DNA of 64,000 nucleotides from assembly GCA_963789265.1 (NCBI GenBank), contig CAWBKB010000006.1, positions 352,001 through 416,000 on the forward strand. Reading direction: 5' to 3'. Under the pieces are notes generated by a model. It saw only the letters and a list, made by a program, of their open reading frames with translations. It ran no database searches and was not told where the DNA came from. Shown one piece after another: positions 40,194 through 51,760 of this stretch. The position numbers were made by a program, and so were the translations under genes. Each line of letters starts with the position of its first letter. The first letter of the stretch is position 1. The DNA comes from an uncultured delta proteobacterium. Lineage in GTDB: Bacteria; Desulfobacterota; Desulfomonilia; Desulfomonilales; Desulfomonilaceae.

Positions 40194-41868
40194 GAAACTG
40201 TCTCAAAAGTCGATTTTGGGCTCACGATTCTCAACCGATTTTACTAATGAGATGTGAAAAGAGAATCGGAGAGGGAAAGGATTATGCCGCAAATCAGAGC
40301 CGACTACAAGCAGGTGTTTCTGCTTCCGCCCGCTATAGATGACTGGATAGGGCCTGATCATCCAGCGCGCTTCATAGGAGACTTTGTGGATTCCTTGGAT
40401 TTGGAGGTGCTGGGTTTTCGAGTTCCGAATGGCGAAACGGGCCGTCCTCCCTATATTACCGATCTTTTGTTGAAGGCATGGCTCTACGGCTATTTCAGCA
40501 GAATCAGGTCATCGCGCAAGCTTGAGAAGGCATGCATGGAGAACATGGGATTGATTTGGCTGACGGGTATGAATGCAGCGGATCATAATACCCTGTGGCG
40601 ATTCTGGAGGGACAACAAGAAGGTTTTCAAGGGAATATTCAAACAATCGGTTCAAGTGGCAGTCAAAGCCGAGTTGATAGGTATGGCGGTTCATGCATTG
40701 GATGGAACCAAGATCCCTGTCGGATCATCTCGGGAGAAGTTCGAGAACCAAGATCAGTTGGAGCGGATGCTTGAGAATTTGGACAAGTGCGTTGCCGACG
40801 TCATGACGGAGACAGAGAGGTGCGAGCAAGAGGAGGGCGGCGAATGGCGTCTTCCCGAAGCCCTTCAGGACGAGTTGAAACGCAAGGAGCGGATACAGAA
40901 GGCCTTGCAGGAATTGGATAAGACTGACAAGAAGGTCGTCCATCCCTGCGAGCCGGATGCCCGGTACATGAAAACCGGCGGTCTACTGAGCCCTCTTACA
41001 ATGCTCAAGCGGTGGCAGACCAACAAAGCGGCATGATTGTGGCTGAGGAAGTGGTCGACGAAGGCAATGACAATGGGCAGCTTGTTCCCATGCTGGATCG
41101 AGTTCAGGAAAATTTGGGCGCAACCGCAGAGGAAACCGTGGCGGACGCAGGATACTTCGCATCGGCTCAAATCGCGTTGGCCGAAGAGAAGGAGTACGAG
41201 GTCTTGGTCGCCAAGTCGTCGGGAGAGTCCGCTGCGGAAAAAGGCGCTCAATGGGACCCTTATCACGCTTCCCAGTTCGTCTACGACCAAGAGCGAGACG
41301 TCTGTATTTGTCCGCAAGGCGCATCGCTGAACTTTCTTCAGAAGAAAGTCACAGGAAAAAACGGAAACGAGATCCGGCGGTATCGATGCCGGGACTACTT
41401 GACGTGTCCTGAACGGTGGAAGTGCAGCAAGAGCAAGAATGGCCGTCTCATAGACATTAACATCTATCGTGACGCAGTTGAGCGTCACCGCAAGAAACGG
41501 GAGGTCCCGGAAAGCAAGACGCTACTCCGAGCCCGCAAGGTGATCATTGAGCCGGTCTTTGCATGGATAAAGAGCCACTTGGACTTTAGACGGTGGACCG
41601 TGTCCGGATTATCCAATGCGAAGGCTCAATGGTCTTTGATGTGCGCCACCTTGAATCTCAAGAAGCTCTACAGCCATTGGCTGACGGGGCGTCTGGTGCT
41701 AACCGCGGCCTAAGACATCAGGACGGAGAGTGACTCATGGCTGCCTGAGGCATACTCATAGCCGGCCCCGGCTCGTCGGAGACAAGGGAGGCCAAGGTGC
41801 GAGATTAACCGCACCCTACCACCCCGAGAGTCGTCATCGTGCCACTACAACCGTTTTGAGACACTCTC
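40194..41868 (+). mobile_element. IS1182-family insertion sequence
   Basis: 15-bp inverted ends GAAACTGTCTCAAAA / TTTTGAGACACTCTC enclosing a transposase gene. Confidence 0.9.
40283..41713 (+). CDS. IS1182-family transposase; frameshift near 40980
   Basis: DHPARFI, GRPPY, SSRKLE, LDGTKI, DARYMK/SYNAQ, ADAGY, IEPVFAWIK. Confidence 0.9.
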
Positions 41869-42050
41869 TTTATCGCCGGGAGAGCAGGAACAACAGGCCT
41901 TTGTCGTCCCTTTAGGGACGATTGATGCCTTGGATAGGCCAGGAACGGCCCGCCGTCCCTACAGGACTGGAATATGCTTGGTTTTCGACTCCACCTGGCG
42001 ATGAATCGCCAGGCTACTATCAAATGTTCCTCCGGAACACGATTCGTGCA
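41869..42050. repeat. REP cluster adjoining the IS1182 right end
   Basis: GTCCC-TTTA-GGGAC; GTCCCTACAGGAC; CCTGGCGATGAATCGCCAGG-CTAC. Confidence 0.8.
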
Positions 42051-42109
42051 GATCCTTATTTTTACGTCAAGGCGCATCACAGTCTTTTGGGTATGACGGC
42101 CCCACGATC

Positions 42110-44197
42110 TTAGTGTGAACCTTCAATCACTAAGTGCAATGTTCGGCTAAGCTCTTCGGCACTGTATGGTTTGGCGACAACGCCGCTAAAACCGTATCTT
42201 TTATACTGACTCATAATCGGGTCATTTGAGTAACCGCTCGAGACGACGGCTTTCACCTTGGGCTCGATCTTCACCAGTCTGCGGAGCGTATCCTGACCTC
42301 CCATCCCGCCGGGAATGGTCAGATCCAGGATAACTGCACTGTAAGGAGTCCCCAAGTCTTTGGCGGAACGGTAGAGCTGGACGGCCTCCTCACCATCTCT
42401 TGCTACATCAACTTCGTAGCCTAGAATCATGAGCATTTCCCTTGCCATATCCCTTATTGTCTCTTCATCGTCCATGAGCAGTATTTTCCCCTCGCCGGCA
42501 ACAACCCTCCCGAGAGAATCTTTGTGTTGAGCCACAACTTTCTGAGAGGCAGGGAGATAGACATGAAAGGTTGTGCCGACCCCCGCCTCGGACTCAACTG
42601 TAATCAAGCCATCGTGGTTCTTCACGATGGAATAGGCGGTTGCAAGCCCCAAACCGCTCCCTTTCTGCTTGGTCGTGAAATAAGGGTCGAATATTTTGGG
42701 AAGAATCCGGGCTGGTATACCGACACCCTGGTCTCGTATGGATAACTTGAGGTATTCCTCATTGTTCAAAGAGAGTCCGTCTCCATCGCTTGCCGAGATA
42801 TTCTCAAGAAGCACCTGAATCACGCCCCCTTCAGGCATGGCTTGGTCAGCATTTATTATCAGGTTGCTGATTACTTGGCTGATCTGACCCACGTCAACAT
42901 CGACCTGATAAACATCATCGGGAGCAGAAAGTTCACAGCGGACGTTCGAGCCGCTGGACGCAAACTCGCATGACTCTCTGACCAGTTCTAAGATCGAAGT
43001 GGTCTTTCTGATCGGCGCCCCGCCTTTGGAAAAAGTGAGCAACTGCTGAGTCAGATCTCTGGCCCTGGCGACCGCTTTCTCAGCCTCTTCCATTCTGTGA
43101 GCAATCTTGTCGGGAGAATGTGGAGACATCTTTGCAACGGCAATGTTGCCCAGAATCGAGGTGAGAATATTGTTGAAGTCATGGGCTATTCCCCCGGCGA
43201 GGATTCCAATAGACTCAAGCTTTTCCATCCGGACCAGATCATCGATTGCCCTCTTTCGCGCTGTAATATCGCGGCAAATTCCTCTGAATCCTGACGGCTC
43301 ATCGAGGGCGTCTCTGATTAAAGATATGGAAATAGTGAGGCTTCTCTTTGTTCCATCCTTTCTCGTTATCTCGTGATCGAATATCTTATGGGGTTTCCCG
43401 GTGCTCCGAACCTTGTCAAATGCCTGGAGCGTTCTTTCGGCATTGTCCTCGTCCATGAGTTGCCGATAACTCATTGTCATCAGGGCTTCCCTGGAATAGC
43501 CGGCGATCTCACACATATTGTCGTTGAAGAAGGTGAAATTGCCTGCCATATCAACTTCATAATAGCCGTCTTGAATGGTCTCAATAATATTTCGATATTT
43601 TTCTTCTGATTTGCGCAGATCTTCCTCCATCTTCCTGCGCTCGACAATTTCATTCTTAAGTTCATCCCGGTGCTTCTGAATTAGATGAAGCTGCTTTTTT
43701 TCCGGCGTCAAGTTCTCGACCAGAACTAGGACGGATCGGTACTCTTTCATTTTGAGGGGGCGAAAAGTCATACGCCCCCATATTCGCCTTTTTCGAATTT
43801 GAAGCACCGCAACGTGTTCCCGCGGCTTTTTGGTAGAAAATACTCTTTTCAAGACGGACTGAACTTCTTGACCGGCTAAGGCGTCAACAAATAGAGAAGA
43901 AAAAGGGCTGCCCAGTATTCTCTTATAGCCCCTGTCAACACTTGAGCAGGCTTGGTTGGCAAAAATAATATTGAATTCTCGATCGATCAAAAAGGCAGGA
44001 ACAGGGAGGGACTGGAGCAGTTTGCCGAATGAGCTCGTCCGGACTCCTGTCAGATCGAAGCTGCCGGAAGGGGTCAGGGCGTCTTCAGATAAGCCCTCCA
44101 AACTGACGTTTTCTGTCACTGGGTTCGCTCCTTGCAGGCTGTTTCGGGTTTCGTCATGGCATTCAAAAAAGTACGATATCTGATGGGTCTTTCGCAC
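42110..44197 (-). CDS. PAS-domain hybrid histidine kinase/response regulator (start uncertain)
   Basis: Two PAS domains, AGGIAHDFNN, NLIINA, FTTKQKGSGLGL, receiver LLMDDE...DLTIPG. Confidence 0.95.
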   Translation of the reverse strand: MRKTHQISYFFECHDETRNSLQGANPVTENVSLEGLSEDALTPSGSFDLTGVRTSSFGKLLQSLPVPAFLIDREFNIIFANQACSSVDRGYKRILGSPFSSLFVDALAGQEVQSVLKRVFSTKKPREHVAVLQIRKRRIWGRMTFRPLKMKEYRSVLVLVENLTPEKKQLHLIQKHRDELKNEIVERRKMEEDLRKSEEKYRNIIETIQDGYYEVDMAGNFTFFNDNMCEIAGYSREALMTMSYRQLMDEDNAERTLQAFDKVRSTGKPHKIFDHEITRKDGTKRSLTISISLIRDALDEPSGFRGICRDITARKRAIDDLVRMEKLESIGILAGGIAHDFNNILTSILGNIAVAKMSPHSPDKIAHRMEEAEKAVARARDLTQQLLTFSKGGAPIRKTTSILELVRESCEFASSGSNVRCELSAPDDVYQVDVDVGQISQVISNLIINADQAMPEGGVIQVLLENISASDGDGLSLNNEEYLKLSIRDQGVGIPARILPKIFDPYFTTKQKGSGLGLATAYSIVKNHDGLITVESEAGVGTTFHVYLPASQKVVAQHKDSLGRVVAGEGKILLMDDEETIRDMAREMLMILGYEVDVARDGEEAVQLYRSAKDLGTPYSAVILDLTIPGGMGGQDTLRRLVKIEPKVKAVVSSGYSNDPIMSQYKRYGFSGVVAKPYSAEELSRTLHLVIEGSH

Positions 44198-44583
44198 TCA
44201 TTGTACGCGCCCCGGCACGGCAGGACGCATGATAACTAATACCGAGACAAAAGTCTAAGAAATTCAAAGCCGTTTTTCTCTTTCAGGCAAAGTCCTTTAG
44301 CGCAGGTTCGGGCGAAAGCAGATTTCCCATCTGCATCACCCGCTGGAGTCGCGGATGCTTTGCGTCCGGCGATTCGCTCCGTGAGAGGTTGAGGCTTCGT
44401 GAAAGCCCTTTTTTTAGAACTGTCGAGGAGACGCGGGAGGCAACAGCGCGATGTAGCGCACGGTGGCTATTGAGTCACGTTTATATGGGCCATTACAGGT
44501 CTGCTCGAACCTCCAGGTTCACTTTCTTTTTTCCGGGCAGAATCGCCTCCATTTGGCGTAGCCCTCGCTGAGATTCTTTCGGG

Positions 44584-44778
44584 TCATCGGGGTTCCGACC
44601 TGTCAGATTCTATCCGAATTTGGTTCGCTCCCGTAGCCATAGCCCTTAGCAGTCTTTCAAATAGACGTTGCAAGCCATTCTCTGACAGTCCATATTTTTC
44701 CATAAGTTCCGCATCCGAGAGTCCTTGGTCGATATCCGACATGATCTCCGCCACCGGAACCCGTATGGTCTGCTTCAT
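44584..44778 (-). CDS. Small hypothetical protein
   Basis: GGAG RBS; DIDQGLSDAELMEKYGLSENGLQRLFERL HTH-like motif. Confidence 0.7.
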   Translation of the reverse strand: MKQTIRVPVAEIMSDIDQGLSDAELMEKYGLSENGLQRLFERLLRAMATGANQIRIESDRSEPR

Positions 44779-44973
44779 AGAATCAGCTCCACCCTACAGA
44801 ACACGGTATTAGATATTCTAAGAAATGTGCCGCCTCATTTCACTTTAATGCAGGAGTTTCTACGTAGAAAGCCGAATCTCATCGTATGAATCATAGTTGT
44901 CTTTGACATACATACCATAAATTCATACCATAGGCTGTAGATTTTTGGTCTGCACGAAGTCAATTAATCAGCA

Positions 44974-45255
44974 ATGACTATTCAGACCAGAATCCACTTA
45001 GACCGTTTTGACATTGGAGAAATATTCGGTCAGGTCATTCAGGAGCTTCGGCGACAGCGAGGACTCTCCCAGGAAGCGCTTGGATTCGAGAGTGGGTTAC
45101 ATCGAACTTATGTCAGCCTGTTGGAGCGGGGAAAGAAAAGTCCTACATTAGTAACCATTTTTCTCCTCGCAACTGCCTTAGATTTACCGCCCTCGGAGAT
45201 AGTCCGACGCGTCGAATCTCATTTGCGATGGAGTGCTGAAGATACTTCGGAGTAA
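44974..45255 (+). CDS. XRE-family HTH regulator, C-protein-like
   Basis: LSQEALGFESGLHRTYVSLLERGKKSPTL. Confidence 0.9.
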   Translation: MTIQTRIHLDRFDIGEIFGQVIQELRRQRGLSQEALGFESGLHRTYVSLLERGKKSPTLVTIFLLATALDLPPSEIVRRVESHLRWSAEDTSE

Positions 45256-45323
45256 AGCAGACAAATCTCGGAAGGAACCTTTCCTGTGCTCACGCCCGAA
45301 CGAAGACGGGCGGCAATGAGTAC

Positions 45324-45533
45324 CAAACTGTCTCAAAATTCTTGAACTGGACGCAATCGTAACATGAAATTCCCTCACCCTGACCCTCTCCCAAAGGGCG
45401 AGGGGACGCTAATAGAGACCTTGGATCAGCTCCCTCTCCCTCTGGGAGAGGGCTGGGGTGAGGGCACCGAAAATGCTGACCAGGCTTAATCGTGGCACGA
45501 TTCTGGGCATCAAATTAGTTTTGAGACAGTTTG
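45324..45533. mobile_element. IS1182-type MITE copy 2 (210 bp)
   Basis: Perfect 15-bp inverted ends CAAACTGTCTCAAAA/TTTTGAGACAGTTTG; GTAC 4-bp duplication. Confidence 0.88.
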
Positions 45534-45819
45534 GTACCGCCGGCCTCACATCCGGGGAGTGTTCTCCACATGCCCGGCCTTCAACACATGCTCTCCCAAC
45601 TTGCAACCGGCTCACTTATTAACGATTCTTCATAAGAACCAAAGGGTTACCCTAAGATCCGCTGATGTATAATTTGGTACGGAAGTTGCTTCCAAGGATG
45701 GCAGATGGAAACCATCAGGTTGAGACGCCAGGCTACTTCTCCCCCCCAGAGTACTGGCGTTTCGTTTGTGTGCGACAGATTTCAATCTCGGAGAAGACAA
45801 CCTAGATTGCTTCGCCGCT

Positions 45820-46945
45820 TCACCGCACCGACTCGCCCTTAGACACCTCGTAAATGGGGAAGTCCGTGTAGCCAACCTCGTCAAAAGAATACCAGAACCT
45901 TCGTATCTGCCGGCGGATTCAGGGGCCAGCCATTCGCGAAACGTTCCACAAGGTCAGGATTGCTTATGTACGGGCGTCCAAAGGAGATCAAATCAGCGCG
46001 ATGATTCCGAATAGCAGCATCAGCGGTTTCTTGGGTGTATCCGCAATTCCCAACAAGCGGCCCATTGAACATTTCGCGGAATTCCGCGAGCGTCATTGGC
46101 GTTCCAAGTTCGTGAAAACCGAAGCCCAAACCGTCCAACACGTGTAGATAGGCGAGTTCATATCGGTCAAGCTGTTTGGCAACATACAGAAAAGTCTCAC
46201 GATAGTCGGGCGAGCCCATATCGTTAAAATTGCCGTTAGGTGCAATGTGCACGCCTACTCTGCCGGACGGCCAAACAGTAAGAATTCCTCTGACAATCTC
46301 GTCCAGGAATCGGAAGCGATTTTCCAGGCTGCCTCCGTAGCGGTCCGTTCGATGATTGGTCTTTGATTGTAGAAATTGATCGATAAGGTACCCATTTGCC
46401 GCGTGTATCTCCACACCGTCGAACCCCGCTGCTTTGGCTCGCTCAGCCGCGCGGCGATAATCCTCCACGGCGGCCGATACTTCATCCGTTTCCAGCGCTC
46501 TAGGCGTTTCATACGGCTGTTTGCCGATAGGCGTATAAATGTAATCTCCATTGATTTTGATGGCCGAGGGCGCTACCGGTAATCCCTGAAGCTCATGGAA
46601 ACTACTGTGAGAGGCTCGTCCACAATGCCACAGTTGCAGGAAGATCGGCGTGCCTTTAGTATGCACCGCGTCAACCACCTTCTTCCAGGCTTCGGCCTGT
46701 TCGTCCGCGTAGATTCCCGGACTGTTCCGCCACCCTATACCTTGCTCGGAAATTACCGTCGCTTCCGTGATGATGAGTGCAGCGGAGGCTCTCTGAGCAT
46801 AGTACTCGGCCATCAATGAATTGGGCAGCCTTTCTTCGCCGGCTCGAGACCGGGTCAGCGGAGACATGACGATTCTGTTCTTCAGCGAGAGATCGCGCAA
46901 GGAATACCCGGCGAGCAAGGCGCCGGATTTCGTAAACTCAGGCAT
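45820..46945 (-). CDS. Old yellow enzyme-family alkene reductase (NemA-like); frameshift near 45896
   Basis: NRIVMSPLTRSRA, EIHAANGYLIDQF, RTDRYGGS; shifted tail gives GYTDFP. Confidence 0.92.
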
Positions 46946-47126
46946 GTTTCTTTCTCCTCATTCGTGTTGAACCCTATAAACAGAATTGGTTCCTCGGCCC
47001 ATCGGCCTAGTAACACCAAGATGACACAGGTGATTATGCCGTAATTTCCGCTGGGACGGCTTCTATCCTGATCTTAGGCCGCGCAGTGCATTGACATAAG
47101 CGGCAAGGTTTATTACGGTCGCGTCC

Positions 47127-48580
47127 ATGATCGAGCATGAAGAACATCGCAGTCCCGGCATCTGTATCCTGGTCCTTCAAATAATGGTATTGGCGGCGGT
47201 CCTTATTTTGGGGCACGCCTGCCTTGAGACTCCTGTCACTTTTGCAAAGGACTCGTCCTCCGTCTCTGTTGAAACAGATGCTGCGCGTGTGAGTGAGGAT
47301 TCGCGAGATCAGGCTTCTGAGAAGCACGATGATGCCGCCGTTCGGCAGCAGAGAAGGCCGGAAGAAAATCAAGCTCAGCTTCAAAAAGCAGAGGAACCCA
47401 ACCAGATTAAACAGCACTTGAGTGAAGAAGAAACGTCTAATGCAAGAAGTGATTCAGCCCCTGGATCGAGAATCAGGCGCCAGGTGGCTGGCGGGATTTA
47501 TTTCTTCCAAGCCCTGGAATTGCCCGTTGCGGCAGAAAAAGGAGTGGATAGAATCTGTCCTGGATGCGGTTGAACGCAATCACATTCCTGTCTGCAAAGA
47601 GATTCTGGGACTCGTTGCCACCCTGATTTCAATTGAATCAGGGTTTCAGGCCGATCCGCTGGTGGTGGGCCATTCGGGACGGAGAAGCATGGAGTCTCTT
47701 CTAAAGCGGGCCGAGCTAAAACTCAATGAGGAATATGGCCCTATGATGTCGATGCCTCCGATCCCGAAGTATTATGCCGCGTACAAAAAGAAGTATTGGC
47801 CTAAGTTGCTTGCATGTCATACTGAAAGTGATGTCGAGCTAATAGCAAAGCGTCTTGGCGAAGAATTGAAAAAGGATGCCAAAAACTTTCCCGCTGTCGT
47901 GGGGAACGTTGTGAATCAGAGGCTCAACAAGCTCGAAAACATCGTCAGAAGTAAAGGCTCCATGCAACTAAAGCTGTTGCGCGCCAGACCGGCCATGAGA
48001 GAGCGCGGCGAAGAGTTCACCGATGAAGAGCTTACCCAGTACATGTATACCCGTAATGGCGGCGTAGACGTAGGGGTTGCAGCGCTCAAACCCATGTTTG
48101 TTCAGTACCGCGGCGCGATATGCCAAGAAGAATAATCTGTCCTGGCTCTTCTTTGTGGGGATGGACTATCACTATGGTCCTTTTGCCAGCAGAAACATGG
48201 CGGAACAGATCCGGATAAGGGACCTTTCCGGCGAGAAGATAGCCATAGACGGCAGTTTTCTTAATCACGATGAAAACGGGAAACCTGACCACGAGGATTC
48301 GGACACTCTACTCGCCGCGTGCAAAGCCTTCCCGATCATCCCCAAGGAGGCTTTTTTCAAAGCTTTCTGCTTCGAACGGAGCCCTGATTACATATATACC
48401 GATGTTCATCGCTCCATTGCGGAGGCTCATAGCGAAAAATTCGGAGAAACGCCCTTTGCTGTAATAGGCGAGATAAGGGTGGGGGAAAGTGCGGAAATCA
48501 AATTCGGCATCACCTGGACCACCAGACTTTATCTGAACAAACTTGACCGTTACCTGAATGCTATACCCTGGGACAATTAA
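47127..48580 (+). CDS. DUF1615/YaiW-like exported protein, apparently split by frameshifts (~47420, ~48110)
   Basis: SIESGFQADP, GSMQ, YTRNGG, DYHYGPFASRN...Q...LSG..IAIDG; signal region lies in the upstream ORF. Confidence 0.6.
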
Positions 48581-48641
48581 TAACGGTGCCGCCTGATTGC
48601 AGACGTGCACAAATGACCGCAGGTGGGTATCCCCCAATTAC

Positions 48642-48898
48642 AGTAGGGTGGGCATCCTGCCCGCCAATTAATGTCGTGGGCATCCCGCCGCCCGACTGAT
48701 TTTGATGGAGTGGTCACTCATACCGGTTCGCTCACAATGAGTGAGACCCGGCAAATAGCGAACGGCACTGATCTGGCATCATGACGGAACTCAGGTCAAT
48801 GGCGCCCAACATCCATTCATAAGATCCCGGGTACCACCCCGCCATGCCCTTCATCTGGAATCGACGGGCAATCCCGCGCTTCGCGGGACCACCCTACT
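48642..48898. repeat. GTAG REP pair; right arm carries the mini-hairpin
   Basis: GTAGGGTGGGCATCCTGCCCGCC ... GACGGGCA[ATCCCGCGCTTCGCGGGA]CCACCCTAC. Confidence 0.8.
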
Positions 48899-48916
48899 GA
48901 TCTTATGTGCAAGCGA

Positions 48917-49729
48917 TCAATCGGCGAAGAACGCCGCGGTGGGACTCACGTCTATTCTTACCTCACGTACTCCGGGTACCTGCTCTGCCATCACCCTGAG
49001 TTCGTCCGCCAACTGTCCGGCCACTGTTGCGCCGGCTTGAGTATCTACATAGACCACTTGGTCCTTGGCTCTCACCCTGACACTAGGACACTCATCAATC
49101 AATCGGGCCTTGACCCTCGCGGCCGTGACCAAATCCTCCAGCACATTCTGAGACTCGGGTGTTGTTCGGAAATGCTCCAATCCGACCGCGTGGCTGATTA
49201 TATCGACTGCATCTTCGACTGTTATCTTGCGAATATGAATCACCATGTCGTAAAGATTGGGGTCCCAAGTGTCCGCACCGAAAAGCTTTAAACTCCACTG
49301 CCGTCTCTCATGGTCGTCCTTTTTCAGGACGTAAAGGGCTTCATCCTTGGAGATCTTTTCGCGTTCCATTTCCAGCCGGACTCGATCCTCGAGATCGGCC
49401 AATATGCGAACTTTGAGCACGTGGTTGACCTTCTTCAGGAAGAAGTGGCCTCCGAGGCCGTGATACACCACATTGTCCTTCCGAACATGCTCCAGGAAGG
49501 CTGCTTCAAAGAAGGCCAAGTACTTTTCTTTGCCGTAAGTGAAACGTTCCAAAACGGACGGTGCGTCGTGGAGAGCCCGCACCAGTTTTATTTCGGGGAT
49601 ATTGAAATGATCGGAAGCTTCGACGAGGACCTCGCGAGAGATGCAGTCGTACCCGAGTCTTTGTGCAACTCTCTCGGCGACATCTTTTCCTTTGCTGTAA
49701 GATCCCCTGGAAATAGTAATTATGGGCAT
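48917..49729 (-). CDS. Cytidylate kinase-like family protein with a C-terminal BON-like domain
   Basis: IITISRGSYSKG, LKVRILA, YDMVI; VKARL...VPGVREV. Confidence 0.85.
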   Translation of the reverse strand: MPIITISRGSYSKGKDVAERVAQRLGYDCISREVLVEASDHFNIPEIKLVRALHDAPSVLERFTYGKEKYLAFFEAAFLEHVRKDNVVYHGLGGHFFLKKVNHVLKVRILADLEDRVRLEMEREKISKDEALYVLKKDDHERRQWSLKLFGADTWDPNLYDMVIHIRKITVEDAVDIISHAVGLEHFRTTPESQNVLEDLVTAARVKARLIDECPSVRVRAKDQVVYVDTQAGATVAGQLADELRVMAEQVPGVREVRIDVSPTAAFFAD

Positions 49730-49807
49730 TGTCCCACTCCTTTCGACCGAACACTAAGTGCATCGTATAGCAAATACGGTGAGGCCAGGAACCTGGCACG
49801 GAAGAAA

Positions 49808-49893
49808 AGATTGCTTCGCTGCGCTCGCAACGACAGATAGCGTGAATGTCATTGCGAGGAGTGAAATCCCGCGTCCCGCGGGAAAGCAATCCC
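49808..49893. repeat. TGTCATTGCGAG-family element halves; one carries the mini-hairpin
   Basis: GATTGCTTCGCTGCGCTCGCAACGACA and TGTCATTGCGAGGAGTGAA[hairpin]AAGCAATC. Confidence 0.8.
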
Positions 49894-50046
49894 ACCTTGA
49901 AACTGCGCGTTCGAGTTCATGAATCGAAATACTAGTACATTTCTCCGTAAGCGAGTTCGGCATGCGCCGAACACTTTTTAGGATAATAATTTTGATCCAT
50001 CCTTACAAACAATTAATTTTTTCGCCGGTCCCGCAACTCACCGGTG

Positions 50047-51165
50047 TCAGTCCCCCTTGATCTTTCTCTCGGCTTTGCAGCTTACGCCGATTCCTTCCAG
50101 CCCCGTGTCGAAACATCCGCTACATGAGATGCACTTGGCTTTCGCGAGATCGCCACTCTTCCAGCGGTTGATCAGATCGGGCTCTCGGATTAGAGGCCGG
50201 CAAAATGCCACGTAATCTGCAATTCCATCGGCAAGAATTCTTGAAACCACAGCGGGAGACCTTATTCCACCCACAGTAACTATCGGCACGTTGACCGATT
50301 CTTTGAACCGACGCGCCAATTCCGCGAGGTAGGCCTCGTCCTCTTCCCGGTGAATATTTTGGCGAGAAGGCACCATTCCATTAACCGAGGCTCGATTGCC
50401 TCCGCTAACCTCGATGCAGTCTATTCCGTCGTCCACCAGCCTGCGGGCCACTTGGAGCGACTCGTCCGGAACTAGGCCTTCATCGACATAATCGTTGCCG
50501 CTCAGCTTGATGAAGACCGGATAATCCGAGCCGACCGCTCCTCTTACCGCTTCCATTGTCTCGCCGAGGAAACGGTAGCGCCTGCTTATGTTTCCCCCGT
50601 AACCGTCGGTTCGCCGATTTGTTGCGCCGGAGAGGAATTGATTGATACCGTACCCATGAGCGCCGTGAAGCTGTATCCCGTCGAATCCCGCCCTTTTGGC
50701 CCTGGAAGCGGCCGCTGCATAAGCTTCGATCACCTGGGCTATCTCCTGCCGCGTCATCTCCTTGGGTGTATTTCCGGTCAGAGCGTCAGGCACAGCGGAA
50801 GGGCCCCAGATTTCTCCTTCTTCCGGGAACAGTTCAGAGTTCGCCCGACTGCCGGTGTGGGCAAGCTGGGCCATCACTTTACCGCCTTGCGAATGGATTG
50901 CCACGGCCAGGCGGCTGAGCCCCTCCAACTGGTTGTCGCTGTAGTTACCAATCTGATAAAGTATGGCGATCCCATTGGGCATCACGTACTGAAACCCGGT
51001 AACAATTAGGCCCACCCCACCGGCAGCCAGCCTACCATAAAATTCTATTGCCGTATCCGTGACGTACCCTTTTCGGTCACCGACACCGGACCACGTGGCG
51101 CTTCGGACGGATCGGTTATTAAGTTCCAGGGACTTAATCATGGTCTTTTCAAAAAGTTCGGGCAT
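50047..51165 (-). CDS. NADH:flavin oxidoreductase (OYE-like)
   Basis: NRSVRSATW, QLHGAHGYGINQFLS, RTDGYGG, CRPLIREP, CISCSGC. Confidence 0.92.
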   Translation of the reverse strand: MPELFEKTMIKSLELNNRSVRSATWSGVGDRKGYVTDTAIEFYGRLAAGGVGLIVTGFQYVMPNGIAILYQIGNYSDNQLEGLSRLAVAIHSQGGKVMAQLAHTGSRANSELFPEEGEIWGPSAVPDALTGNTPKEMTRQEIAQVIEAYAAAASRAKRAGFDGIQLHGAHGYGINQFLSGATNRRTDGYGGNISRRYRFLGETMEAVRGAVGSDYPVFIKLSGNDYVDEGLVPDESLQVARRLVDDGIDCIEVSGGNRASVNGMVPSRQNIHREEDEAYLAELARRFKESVNVPIVTVGGIRSPAVVSRILADGIADYVAFCRPLIREPDLINRWKSGDLAKAKCISCSGCFDTGLEGIGVSCKAERKIKGD

Positions 51166-51299
51166 TAATCTTGTCTCCTTTCATCCGGCGTCAGAGAAGC
51201 TCCAGGGCCACAGGCGGATGTGATGTAAAGCCGAAGAAGGCCCGGTACCCTCTATTGCCTCGGCAACTCCTGTTATGAGGGGTGAAGAGCAGTTTCGGC

Positions 51300-51503
51300 T
51301 CACTCCTGATCAAAACCAAGTTCTTTGCCGATTTCTCTAAGGCTTTTGGAGGGAGTGTCCATCGATTCTCCCCGTTCTTTCCTCAATTCACGAAGATCTC
51401 CAAAGTCCTCCAATGCCTCCTGAATTTGCAGAAACTCTTCGTAAGGGAGAATTACAAACTCCTTTTTCCCTTCCTTTTCGATAACTTGTGGATGTAATCG
51501 CAT
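51300..51503 (-). CDS. Type II TA antitoxin
   Basis: HPQVIEKEGKKEFVILPYEEF; directly downstream of relE. Confidence 0.75.
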   Translation of the reverse strand: MRLHPQVIEKEGKKEFVILPYEEFLQIQEALEDFGDLRELRKERGESMDTPSKSLREIGKELGFDQE

Positions 51504-51511
51504 GACTGCTC

Positions 51512-51760
51512 CTATCTATATGCTTCCCTAAGATGGCGAATACGGTAAACAACGATTTTATCTCCTTTTACTTCGAAGAGGGCCCGCCATTTCCCCATCC
51601 TAAGCCGGTATTCCGGCCAATGATCCGTCAATTTCTTGATGTCGCCCTTGAGACCGCTTTCAAGCGCCAAAAGAGCATTGTACATGACGCGAGACTCATC
51701 TCTTGGCATGGCTTTCAGGTCTTTCTCAGCCTTCGGCTTCAGTTCGACAGTATATCTCAT
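51512..51760 (-). CDS. RelE/ParE family toxin
   Basis: AEKDLK, GDIKKL, YRLRMGKWRALF, IRHLREAY. Confidence 0.9.
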   Translation of the reverse strand: MRYTVELKPKAEKDLKAMPRDESRVMYNALLALESGLKGDIKKLTDHWPEYRLRMGKWRALFEVKGDKIVVYRIRHLREAYR

